The position numbers were made by a program, and so were the translations under genes. Below, in pieces: positions 24,864-36,166 of a stretch of 64,000 bases of DNA (within the stretch, counting starts at the first letter, position 1; each line of letters begins with the position of its first letter). The stretch is taken from assembly GCF_032191835.1 (NCBI RefSeq), contig NC_083230.1:2728001-2792000 (forward strand), read 5' to 3'. The stretch comes from Heteronotia binoei (taxonomy: Eukaryota). The notes under the pieces are model-generated. The model saw only the letters and a program-made list of their open reading frames with translations, was not told where the DNA came from and did not search any database.

Positions 24864-26276
24864 AACTTCTTTTTCTGCAATGGAGGTGGGAACTATGTTC
24901 CATGTTCTGTTCAAGTTCTTAGCCTTAAAGTCATTCTTATTATCCTTTACAAAGTAGCCATAAGAATTATCTTGGTAAATGAAAACATTGACCATCTTCT
25001 TTTATCTTTTCTGCAAAAAATTAACATTCCTTGGTGTGTGGCTGGTGTGGCTCTCTATTGAGAGCTCGGCCAACCTTCACTTGAGGCAAGGGCTTGGTTA
25101 CAAGTCTTTAGACGGTTCATCATGTCATATATGAATGTCCACCTGGCATTCCTGAAAGCAGACTCTTATAGGTAAATGTGGTTTAAGACTGTTTTTGAGA
25201 CACTGTTGACTCTTGATATTAACCTGGACACTTTCCAGTCTATGGACTTCATGCAGCATTTGCTTTGGTGAGAAATTGTATAAAATGAATTGATCACCAA
25301 AGTTATGCCTTTGGAGCGTGCTACATCTTTGCATCCCAATTTTTTTGTTGTCCTTCCAAAGCCTGTTAAGGGTGTTCATCCTAGCCAGACTAAATGTTAC
25401 TCCTTAGCAGTTATAAATAGGGATGGGCACAAACTGGGAGAATGCAGTTCAGTTTGGTTTGTGGTTTTAGGTGTCCTTTGTATGCTAATTTTAGGATACA
25501 TTATATTTTACCACTTGGAATGACTGTTGTGGGAGACATATAATAGGCTTTAGAAAGAGGCGAGGGTCGATGAATGTGCAGTTGGCAGGCAAGATAAAGA
25601 CATAGTTAGTGGAACAAAGTTAGATTCCAGTGGCATGTTTGAGACCAAGAAAACATTTTCAAGGTATGAGGTTTTGTAGGCAAGCACAGTTCTTCAGATA
25701 CAAAGGTGCCAGTGGACTGTAAGCGTGTGAAGTAGCATGTGTGCACCTAGAAGTTCATACATTCAGTAAAGTGTTAGCGGTGGTTGTATTGCTGCAGACC
25801 AACACCACTACCCATCTCCCTCTACCCTAGCAAGACCCACCTTTTTTGATAGAATGCTTGGTAGGACTGAAGATAGGAAAGGTTGAATAGCAGTGGCTTA
25901 GAGGATGGAAACCAAGTATGTTTGGAGTGCCTGTATATAGGCATGTATGTGAAACACCAATGAAGAGATCCAGTTCTTCAGTGGACCCAGTTATCACAAA
26001 GGGATTGATTGTTAAGCAAGAAGGGACACTGTGTTTCTTTAAGGAGACACTGTTCTGGTCTATTGTGATGGCTGGCTGCTGGTCCTGTTGGGGAGGGTCA
26101 GTGGGATGATGTTGCTGGGTGCCAAGAACTTCAGGCATCAGTATACCATAGCAGCTCCCCCCTCCCTGTGCAAAACAATGGTGATGTCAGGGGTGTGGCC
26201 TAATATGCAGATGAGTTCCTGCTGAGCTTTTTCTACCCAAAAAGCACTGCTGACAGGAATCCAGAAAGAACTCTAG

Positions 26277-26818
26277 GGCTGATATCAGACTGATAACTGA
26301 CGGGCATTCTGGGGTGGCTTGGAGGCGTCCCAAATCAGGACTGCCTAAAACGAGCCACCCCAGAGCCTCCTCACACTCACCCACATGCCATTTGTCTCCA
26401 GTCCGCATGGCTGCCGGGCACCTCTGCACAGGAAGGTGACCCGGAAGCCGGATTCCTCTATTTTCCCGGGGGGGGGGCAAGCGCTGATGCGCTTGAGCAC
26501 TCCAGCGCTCTGATTGGGTCCTACCAAAAAACCCTCCAACAACCCAGAAACAGCTTGGAGTGGCTTGGCAGCTCAACACCGCCAAGCCACCTCACTTGCG
26601 CCCTTCCCCTTCCAGTCGGCAGGGAGGCAACTGACGGCTGACTTAAAACTTTGCTACCACTTTCACAGTGGGAGCTTTTTGAGCTGGGTGGAGCGGCCAG
26701 AAGGACGGGGTGAGTGCAGGCTGGAGATGCCCGGCAGATGTTTGAGTGTGGAGGGATTATTTGGACCGACTTCAGAGACGTCTTTGAGTCGGCCCAAAGT
26801 GCTGGTCTGTAATCAGCC
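26277..26818. mobile_element. PIF/Harbinger-type MITE (542 bp)
   Basis: 14-bp TIRs GGCTGATATCAGAC / GTCTGTAATCAGCC (2 mismatches) with a 3-bp TSD TAG on both sides. Confidence 0.8.
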
Positions 26819-26944
26819 TAGCAGTCACAAAAAATGTTTTACTCTTTTTGTCTATTGGGTGATAAGCAATTAACAACTTTTCACTGTTTAAGATCAATGT
26901 ATCATAGACCTTTTATTGGCTAAAAAGAGAGTAAAGGAAATTAG

Positions 26945-27062
26945 CAGGGCTTTTTTGTAGAAAAAGCCCAGGAGGAACTTATTTGCATATAAGACCACAT
27001 CCTCTGTCACCAAGCCAGCCAGAACTGTGTTCCTGTGCGTTCCTGCTCAAAAAAAATTTCTG
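26945..27062. mobile_element. Short hAT MITE
   Basis: CAGGGC...TTTCTG ends with a perfect 8-bp TSD GAAATTAG. Confidence 0.8.
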
Positions 27063-27714
27063 GAAATTAGCAAGGTAATGATTTTACCACAGAAATAAGA
27101 TATAACTTGAGAACAGCTTTGAACAGGAGAAGTTCCACATTTTTGATCTCTAAAGGCCAAAATGAGCTTGATCCTGGGAGATCATCACAGCCATTTGTAA
27201 AGTGATGTAGCCACACAGAGTTCTGGTTTGGACTGGAACTACATAATAGGGTGAGAAAGAACTTAAGGGTTGTCTAACCTGTTTTGATTATATGACGGTC
27301 ACTCCAGTGTGCTGTGCTCCTAATCTGGATTGAGACATTGTGCAGAGGCAGCCGTTTTAAAAACATCCAGAAGATTCCTCCACAAATCTCAGTGTCATTT
27401 CTGCTTGGCTCTAAGTCAGCCTGAAAATTATGTTGTGTAACATTTCTTCAGCAATGTACCACAGTGATCCAACAAGATTTTAATGCTGTCTGAGTTTTAG
27501 ATTGGAAGTGGGGAACATGTTAAAAAAGAGAAGCATATTGCCTATACAAATAAGTATTCAGTTCGTAGCAATACTTTATAGTTAGTATGATCTAGATATT
27601 TTATACAAAGAGACAACTTTCTTTCCTATAATGAGCGCAGTAATAGCTTTACACTTAAGGATCTTTTCAAGAGCCATGAAGGAGTTAGAAAAGATCCTCA
27701 TGTATCATGGATCA

Positions 27715-28010
27715 ACTGCCGGAAGAGGTGCGGGCCCTACGGGATCTTAGCCAGTTCCGTAGGGCCTGCAAAACTGCCCTCTTCCAGCTAGCTTTTTAAG
27801 ACGGAACTCCTGATAATATCAATAACACCGAGCCATCTTATACATAATTTGATTGTCCCATAATGTCATACTGTCTTATTGGTTTTACTGTTTAAATTAT
27901 TAATTATATCATATACTGTTTTATTGTATCATGGTTTTACCATGTCTTGTTAGCCACCCTGAGCCTGCCTAGGCGGGGAGGGTGGGGTATAAATAAAAGT
28001 TTATTATTAT
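27715..28010 (+). mobile_element. L2 LINE 3' fragment
   Basis: W.QLPEEVRALRDL..FRRACKT.LF remnant (compare 41583-41700) and the L2 3' tail ttagccaccctgagcctg...ataaataaa. Confidence 0.75.
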
Positions 28011-28014
28011 TATG

Positions 28015-28330
28015 TATAAAGATGTGTTGCTGGTGATCAAGATCAAGTTAATTCAAGTTATAGTATTCCCCATTATTATGCATGAGTGTGAAAGTTGGTC
28101 AGTGAAGGAAGCTGTCAGGAAGAAAGTTGATTCCTTTAAAATGTGGTGTTGGAGGAGAATTGTACAGATAGAAGTTAAAGTAACTCAACTGAAGCTATTG
28201 TATTTTGGTCATATTATGAGAAGGCAAGAGTCAATGAAAAGATAATAATGCTAGGAAAAGTTGAAGGCAGCAGCAAAAGAGGGAGACCCAACATGAGATG
28301 GAGTGACTCAGTTAAGGAAGCCACAGTATT
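28015..28330 (+). mobile_element. RTE-BovB-like LINE 3' fragment
   Basis: Translates as KIKLIQVIVFPIIMHECESWSVKEAVRKKVDSFKMWCWRR...LLYFGHIMRR. Confidence 0.8.
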
Positions 28331-28870
28331 GCTTGCTGCCCCCACCCATGATTTGATGACAAAGCCAAGGTGTAAAAGGGGAGAAGTTTTCTAAAGGGAT
28401 GTTATAATGACCAAGTCTTGCTGACTTTCTTGGCTTCCCTACCACAAGATAATGTGTGGAAGCCTTATGTGGAAGCAATCAGTGGCCAGATGGTAGCCAG
28501 AACGATGGTAGCCAACCTTTCTGGCAAGTATGAAGCAATAGATACATCTTCACCTTTTCAACGTGCACTTCTTGTGTGAAGGAATACAGAAATCCATGTG
28601 CAGAATGTGACTTCCAGAGTGGTTGTGAAGGTCACATGTTTCATCTTGGGGAAGCTTGCCAATTCACACTTGGTACATTACACTGCAAGTTACTTTCATT
28701 TCTGCAACGAAGCAGTTTAGTATATGCACTGAAATACATGGGAAAGTCTCAAGAACACTTCTGATCATACTGTGGTGATGCCATTAAAAACAGTAGAGTA
28801 AAAGAAAACATATTTTAGCCAGTGTTGAAACTGGAACAAACACCACCAAACACTATCATGCATTCATGAT

Positions 28871-29175
28871 AGAGAGCCAGTTTGGTGTAGTGGTTAAGTG
28901 TGCAGACTCTTATCTGGGAGAACCAGGTTTGATTCCTGACTCCTCCACTTGCACCTGCTGGAATGGCGTTGGGTCAGCCATGGCTCTGGCAGAGGTTGTC
29001 CTTGAAAGGGCAGCTTCTGTGAGAGCTCTCTCAGCCCCACCCACCTCACAGGTTGTCTGTTGGGGGAGAAAGATAAAGGAGACTCTGAGACTCTGAGAAA
29101 GATAAAGGCTGCTCTGAGACTCTGAAATTCAGAGTGAAGAGTGGGATATAAATCCAATATCTTCTTCTTCTTCTT
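28871..29175 (+). mobile_element. Squam3-type SINE with a (CTT)n tail ending ~43 bp upstream of a SEMA3C exon
   Basis: agagagccagtttggtgtagtggttaag head, L2-like 3' end and a cttcttcttcttctt tail. Confidence 0.85.
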
Positions 29176-29218
29176 TGTGTGTGGATCCATCAACTTTTCA
29201 TTTGCTCTCTTTCTATAG

Positions 29219-29353
<135 letters not shown>

Positions 29354-29749
29354 TGAATATAAGGAGGCAGTTCTTTTTCTTCTATTACTTTCCAGAAGCA
29401 TGTTTATTACAGATGTCAGAATTACTTCATGCAGGTTTCCAAAGTGTATTCTCACATACAGCCTGTATGCTGTAGTGGTTGGACTAGGAACAAGTAGGCT
29501 GTGGTACAATTCCTCATTCAGCCATGAAGTTCATGGAGTGACCTTAAGCCAGTCTCTCTCTTTCTCAGCCTAACCTACCTTTACAGGTTTATAAGCCCTC
29601 ATTGAGAAAGTGTGGATTAAAATGTATTGGTGGATAGGCAGACAAGTAATTTATCATATCTTTTTGAACTTCATCAAGAAGTAAAGAGCTGCTTTGTGAC
29701 CCCGTCGGGGAGAAAGGCAGAATATAAATGAAGCAAATCAATAAATAAA

Positions 29750-30020
29750 GGGAGGGAAGGGTTGGAGGTGGGGTGGCTCTGTATGTCAGAGAGGATATAT
29801 GGTCCAGTAAGACTGAGGTCAGAGAATTAGATTCACTTTTAGAAATGCTTTGGGTTGAAATAGAGGGCCCAAAAGGAAATTTAACTATGGGAGTTTGTTA
29901 TCGCCCACCAAATCAAAAGAGAGAGGATGATTATAATATGATGGAAGGCTTAAAGATAGCAGCTAAACGTAAAAAACTGTGTCATAATGGGTGATTTTAA
30001 CTACCCGCAGATTGATTGGG
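29750..30020 (+). mobile_element. CR1 LINE endonuclease-domain fragment
   Basis: Translates as GGGVALYVRE...LWVEI...GVCYRPPNQ...MGDFNYPQIDW. Confidence 0.85.
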
Positions 30021-30519
30021 CCGCCCCCCGTTCCTACTCGAATAAGGACTTCATGCTATGTGCAGAAATCACATTTATTGATGTGGCTGCAGGGCTGCAG
30101 AGGGCCTGTCGCGCGGAGCCCTCGCAGAAGCCGCCGGCATCTGGGGTGGGCAGTGGTGGCCACCCGAGGGGCGCACCTGTGGGGCGGCCGGTCCATGGTC
30201 GGGGTGGGTGTGCCGTCCTGAATGCCGATCCCGACAGCGGCCACGCGCTGTATCTCCCTGTCCACCTCGCCAGGGGGGCAGCACCTTGGGAGTGGCAGGA
30301 GCAGCCCCTTCGGCGGCAACCAGAGACTGGTCGATATTGCCAAACAGACGCTCCACCTTCGCACCCCACTCCTGTGACTGCCTCGCCATGGCCAGGAGAC
30401 TGGACAGGTGACCTATGGCCGCGGACACGGTCCTCTCCATTCCCGCCATCCAGCATTGTCCCTCCAACCTTTATACACACACACACACATATATATGTGT
30501 GTGTGTAAAAAAAATTTGG

Positions 30520-30592
30520 CAACTGTGTGACACAGAGTGTTGGACTGGATGGGCCATTGGCCTGATCCAATATGGCTTCTCTTATGTTCTTT
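30520..30592 (+). mobile_element. Very short CR1-type 3' tail inserted in the Harbinger relic
   Basis: ctgtgtgacacagagtgttggactggatgggccattggcctgatccaatatggcttctcttatgttctt. Confidence 0.6.
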
Positions 30593-30789
30593 CCCACTCT
30601 ATGACTGCCCACATGGAGGACAGGGTGGCGGAGAGCTGGCCGTGGTCCCCGAGCCCTGGGTCTCGGTTCCCCGCCACCTGCTATAACAGCGCCAGCCTCA
30701 TGGTCCCACTGGATCGCTTTTAGATGCGGCTTATGGCTATCCCAGCCCCTCTTTCTCCTCAGTTCTTCCTTTTAAAACTTTTACCTCAG

Positions 30790-31510
30790 GACTATAGAAC
30801 TAAAGGGGTGGGTATGATATGGATTTCTCTGTACAAGTCTCTTCGGGGGTTTTGCTTTCAGATGGAAATATATATTCACTTTGTAGGGTACCACAGCAGT
30901 TTGGACAGTTTTCCCAAATTATAGGCACCAGAGAACTTTAACGTAAACCACAGATATTTATTATAACACAAAGACTTAAACTGGGGATATGGGACATATT
31001 TACATGGGCTATAAAGTATCTCACACAGTTAACAAGGTGCTCAGTTGTTTCAGGCTTTCTAATATATCTTTTTCTTTCTCTTAGGTCTCTCAGGTTTTCA
31101 GTTCACATATAATACACTCTCCAACACTAGCAAAGGCTGGCCTCTTGGGTATGATGTGCCAAGTCTCTCCAGTCGACTGGAGCCTCTACTCCCAGCCCTT
31201 CAGACTCTTAGACCCACATCTGTTTCCTCAACCACCTCTCTAGTTTTTAAGAGTCGTGTATATGTGTCTGTGACCATTCAGGTCTTCACCGTGACTCTCT
31301 TTCTTAGTCACACACAGCTCCTTGCTGTTTTAATAGAGCTAGCAGTGAGCTTTGCTTCTCTCCTCAGCCACTGTCTCAGCTCCCTCAAAGACCAACTCTC
31401 TCAGACTCTGTCAGGCATGAACTCTCTCCGGCTCTGTCAGGCACTAACTGCCTCAGACTCTGTCAGACCCTGACTGCCTCAGCCGTTAGCCCCTCTGGCC
31501 CCCACCCTCA
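30790..31510 (-). mobile_element. LTR-like AT-richer insertion within the Harbinger relic
   Basis: Composition shift, TTTATT near 30958, (CT)-rich tracts and a ...ccctca end. Flanked by CCTCAGG at 30784-30790 and 31506-31512, but not a canonical TG..CA with TSD. Confidence 0.45.
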
Positions 31511-31539
31511 GGTCACCTGATGCAGGCTCTATGTGTCCT

Positions 31540-32690
31540 TGGTTTACTTTGGTTTTCTGTTAACCCATACCTTACCGTCATACCTGTGCAGCCTTCGGCA
31601 TCGTTTTGCCTTTCGGATCCTCCAGCGGTTTTCTCTGGTGAGGGGCCGGGGCAGGGGCCCCGTCAGACACCCGCAGTCAAGTCTGCCATGGCCGGGCCTC
31701 CCGGATTCCCTGGCCCCAGGGCATTGGGCGGCGATGTGGGCAGATCCAGGGTTCGCAGCATGAAGGAGGCAGCTAGGGCCGACCATCTCCGTGGGGATGC
31801 CTATCATAGGTTCTCCACCACGTCGGCCGTCAGGGTCACAGTGTGGCTGCCTGCAGGACGGAACAGGGGTCAGATGCTGGCACAGACGGCCACTCACAGA
31901 TGTCCCACACCCCATGCTCATTGCCGCACCTGGAGGGGACTTAGGCTGCTCATCATCTGTGGACAGACGGAGGCCACCCACTGCGGCATCCATGATCTCC
32001 TCACTGGATGTGTCCTCCCCCGGACTCGGCACCTCCTGATGGCTGTCTGGATGCTCGGGGGTGGCAGGGGGCACTAGACGTGCCGACCTCCCATCGCGCA
32101 GGTGCTGGGTGGACAGCTCCAGTCCTCGCCTGGTTCGCTGGAGTGGCCGCCCACCTCTGAGTCCGCAGTGGAGCTTGCGCCAGTCTGCAAGGAGTTCTGG
32201 GAGTCACCTGAGGGGGGGAGGGTGTCACCATCAGATTGTGGCAATCCCACTGTGGCAAGGAGGGGCGGGGGGTGCCAACCTACCATGGATCACCTCAATG
32301 CCATGGCCTGCTACAGCCACCGGGTGGATGAGGGGTCCCATGAGTGCTTCAGAGCCGGACAGCGCCCGGGCCACTGCCTCCTCATAGGTCGAGCCCTCAG
32401 CGATGAGACACCAGACCCGCTTCTTGGTAGGGCTGAATGAGGCGTTCCACCGCTTCAGGGTGGACTGCTCTGTGCGGGGGACCTGGCTCATGGCAGACAC
32501 TCACTCCACCACCATACGCCAGAAACCCCGGTACTGGGAGTTCGCCCCCCCCCCCCCGGCTCTTGTGCCAGCGAGTGCCACTCAGAGCCACTCAACCAAA
32601 GAGGAGTGCCTTTTCTGCCTCAGTTCAGTTCAGCGGGCAGTGACTCTCGGCTGATGCAGCTCTGTCTGCCACCATTCCTCCTACGGCCAG
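31540..32690 (-). pseudogene. Harbinger Myb/SANT-like DNA-binding partner gene, disrupted
   Basis: Frameshifted and stop-containing pieces read (W)TEAEKALL...W..V...VSAMSQVPRT.Q..KRW, the tri-helix Myb-like pattern of Harbinger ORF2/NAIF1. An AATAAA on the minus strand lies near 30080. Exon structure is uncertain. Confidence 0.65.
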
Positions 32691-32984
32691 TGGAATGCGG
32701 GGGCTGGTGACCACAGCTGGGTGATAGTTCACTCTCTCACACCACCCCACCCAGGTTTCCCATGGTACACCAGCAGGGAATCTGGTGGCCTCGGCTGCCC
32801 CACGGCCCTGCTTGGCCAGGGCCCTGCAGAGCTCCAGTGGTGTCTGGAAGCAGTGGTGGAGTGTGCCAGGGCAGCTGCCAGGCCACCGCAGAGTGCTCCA
32901 CATCGCGCAAACCATGGGGGCCCATGACAGTTGGTGCCCCCTTATCCCACCGTGGGAGCCCCCCCGGGTGCAGACGCTGCACAT

Positions 32985-33975
32985 CCTCCCCGTTCTCTAT
33001 GTGTGGGTTGCGCAGAGGCTGTGCAGACGTCATTGGGCATGCAGGTACCGGGAGCGCCTGAGCACTTTGCATCTCGAGGACATCACCTGTCTGGACTGCT
33101 TCTGCTTGGACCGTGCCACCATCTAGGACCTGTGCGATCAGCTCAGGGCAAGCTTCTGCAGCCAGGTGTCCGGCCCCCGATCCATCCCCATCTTGCAGCA
33201 TATCCTCATCTCCCTACAATTCCTGGTGACTGGCTCCTTCCAGGGCATGGTGGCCAAGGTCCTGGAGATCTCCCAGTCATCGGCCAGCCGCTGCCTCCAC
33301 TCCTTCCTGGACACCATGCTTCAGTCACCTCCAGCAGCATGTGTGGTTCCCCACAGATGAGGAGGAGCTGCGGACTGCCAGAGCTGGCTTCTCAGCAGCT
33401 CCGGGGTTCCCCATTGTTGTGGGGCCTGTGGACTGCACGCATGTCACCCTAGTGGCCCTGTGGGAGGATCCCATGGTGTACTGGAACAGGCACCACTTTT
33501 ACAGCCTTAACGTGCAGGCATCCTGCGACCACCAGGGACTCTTCACAGATCTGGTGGCGAAGTTCCCAGAGAGCGTGCACAACGCCCAGATCTTCATGTC
33601 CTCAGGGCTCAACTGCCTCCTGGCAGCCTGGCCGGATGGCCTGGGGTGGTTGCTAGGTATGGCCACCATGCAGCGGCGTGGGGCAGCCCTCCCATCCCCT
33701 GTCCTCACTTCCCTGTCCTCCACAGGTGACCGAGGGTACCCACTGCTGCCCTACCTGCTGATGCTGTACCAGGAAAACGCCCCCGAAGACTGGGCGGCAT
33801 ACAACCAGGCACACAGGGCCACTCGCATGATCATCGAGCGTGCCTTTGGGAAGCTGAAGATGAGGTTCCTCTGCTTGCACCACAAGGGCGGCTGCCGCAG
33901 CATGCAGCCCCTGCCTCTGGCCAAGCTGGTGGCCATCTGTGTCATACTCCACAACATTGCCACTTGGCAATGCCT
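32985..33975 (+). pseudogene. Harbinger (HARBI1-like, DDE_Tnp_4) transposase, disrupted
   Basis: Motifs LQFLVTGSFQ..ISQSSASRC, GFP.VVG.VDCTH, YWNRHHFYSLNVQ, FPESVHNA, WLLG|DRGYPL and YNQAHRATRMIIERAFGKLKMRF..L, ending LHNIA. TAG stop at 33124-33126, frameshift near 33330, and a GT-AG intron at 33657-33725. Confidence 0.9.
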
Positions 33976-34435
33976 GCCAGCCCCCCCCCCCAGGACCTTC
34001 CCCTTCCAAACTCCGGGTCGCCAATGTGGGAGAATGTGGAGGTGGCGGCACGGGCTGGTGCTCAGCAGGACTTTGGGGGACACTTGACTCGAGAGTGTGT
34101 GTGAGCTCACATCTGAGCCACTCAGCACACGGCTAGGGTACCCGGGGAGGAGTGCACACCGTGATTGCGGCTGCTCACACGCTTGGGGTCCGGTGCAATG
34201 CCAGGACCTGCCCTAGATGGTGAGTCGGAGACTGGCCTGAGGAAAGCTGCAACACGTGCCACACACCCCTCACCGGGGATGGGCGAGACAGCAGCAGGAT
34301 GTGCACCCTCCTACACGCACATGTACGGGGGCCTGCATCCTGGCCGGAGCCGCAACCACGCTGGCCGGTGTTGGGGGCTGCGGGCCGCGAGGACTCTGAG
34401 CCGGACTTACCCGTCCATACAAGGGGCTCCGGAAG

Positions 34436-34839
34436 TGATATCTGTTAGGGCTAAGTGTCAAGCATAGGAGTTTCAAAAGAACCAAGCGATTATTTGGTTA
34501 CAAAGTCTTAGTTTATTGATAATCCATTGTGCTCATAGAATGAACAGGTTGAAAGTTACAGTATAACACATAGCAGCTGGCTTTTAAGAGATACATCAAA
34601 GAGATACTAGAGATCGCTAGGAATTCTAACACAGGCATGTGAAAAGCTACAATTATGGGTTCTGCTATCTTTTGCGGTTAGCAACATCCCAAGGAGGCAC
34701 TATCTTCAAAGCTGGCATTCCTGCGTTTGTTACAAGAGGTGTGAACTAGAGAATGGGTTACATAGCTTTGATGTTCACCAGCAGAGTAAGAAAGTAAACA
34801 ATACAGCTTTCTATTAGGAATAACCTGTATGCTACACTA
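34436..34839 (-). mobile_element. Solo LTR (404 bp) inserted in the Harbinger relic
   Basis: Starts TG, ends TA (possibly a mutated CA). 5-bp TSD GGAAG at 34431-34435 and 34840-34844. TTTATT at ~34514. Confidence 0.72.
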
Positions 34840-35799
34840 GGAAGCAGAGGTGATTAAGCAGGCACACCAGAAGTAGCTCACCTTCCCGCAAGTCCAACAT
34901 CTGTAACTTAAGTGACATGCTTCTATGTGCCATTCCCACCACCGAGTGCACCCCTCCTCCTGCTAAGTCCGCATGGCACAGCCCTTCGGGCAGAGTGCCG
35001 TGCCGTATGCCCTGCCCTCCCTGGGGTGTTGTGTGTGCCCGTAGTTGAAACCTTTGTAGGGTGGGAGGAGCAATGATTGGGTGCGGGAGGGGGGCCATGG
35101 CCATCCCGCATCGGGAGGGGATTGGAGGGCCGATAACACAGCTCCCAAAGGGTTTTCAGTGCTGCCACAGCAGTGCTGCCAGCGGGTGCTTTCTGCTTCC
35201 ACTATTGCCTATGGAGCACACCGGCATTTTCCGTGGCGCATATTTGCACCTGGGGGGGTGTTCCCGCTCTGAAAACTCTGTGGAAGCTGACCAGCAGTGG
35301 CCATGCCCCTGGATCGGTCTCCTTTTACGTTGACGTGGCACCCTGCGCCTTTGCTACACCCCCAGTGTAGCGTGGTAGCGTTCCGCCCTCAGGCCATGGC
35401 ACCTGCAGCATCCAGAGAATGGCGCACACCCCATTTCCACTGGTGCGGGAGGGGATCCGCCGGCATAAGTCTCCTGACCACTGGCGTAGCGGTAAGTCCA
35501 CTTCCACAGCACTTTGCTCCCCCCTCTGGATTGCTCTGCTATTCTGTAAAATGTCATGAATTAACAACAATACAATATGCACTTAAAAAGTTTTCCAAAA
35601 TTGATTAAATGTTCTTGGAGACAGCACATACCCAAACATCATAGTACTTACAGAGCGGGGAGAGAGAACAAGAAGTCCTAATCTATCATACAGGCTTATT
35701 TACTACCCAAGAAAGAGAGAATACTTCATTATAACATAACCTCAATCTTCATAATAGTTTATTACAGTTTCAAGACCAGGATACAGTGTAAAAATAATA

Positions 35800-36060
35800 T
35801 GGAAAAGTAAAAAGAGACATAGTGTACAAAAATAGACATTTAAATTTAAGAACTTTTAAAATGTAATTTCCACAGTCTAAGAATTAATGCACAAAACTCA
35901 GCAATTGAATGTGTAATCTCTGAATTCTTATCTGATACGAACCAATGAAGTCTTGCTTTGTTTGTATTAATATAACCAGGTGTCCTATTGACTAATGGAG
36001 CAATAAATCTAAAATGAACCTCTGTATAACATGGGCATCTGAAAAACATATGCTCTACAG
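35800..36060 (-). mobile_element. RTE-X-like LINE 3' fragment; continues briefly after 37592
   Basis: Reads ..VEHMFFRCPCY..HFRFIAPL, a zinc-knuckle C-terminus similar to that at ~2860-2960. Confidence 0.6.
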
Positions 36061-36166
36061 CAGTGGCCCCCAATCTTTTTGGCACCAGGGACTGGTTTTG
36101 TGGAAGAAATTTTTCTCATGGACGATGGTTTCAGGATGATACAAGTGTGCACTTTATTTCTATTAG

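Larger units (their letters stand above)
30040..35545. mobile_element. PIF/Harbinger autonomous-type transposon relic (transposase plus Myb/SANT gene, divergent), with nested insertions
   Basis: Abrupt GC/CpG-rich block holding a DDE transposase on + and a Myb-like ORF on -. Candidate right terminus ...ggattgctctg. The left terminus was not identified. Confidence 0.8.

Noticed and set aside
25525-25804. Possible solo LTR (TGTTG...CAACA)
   Set aside because: No TSD (ATGAC vs CCACT) and only a weak polyA signal. Plausible but not supportable.
30010-30030. gattgggccgc as the left TIR of the Harbinger
   Set aside because: It is explained by the CR1 codons for I-D-W, and its orientation is wrong for a left end.
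29987-35600. Dozens of overlapping ORFs in alternative frames
   Set aside because: These are by-products of high GC in the Harbinger relic. Only the transposase and Myb-like frames carry recognisable motifs.
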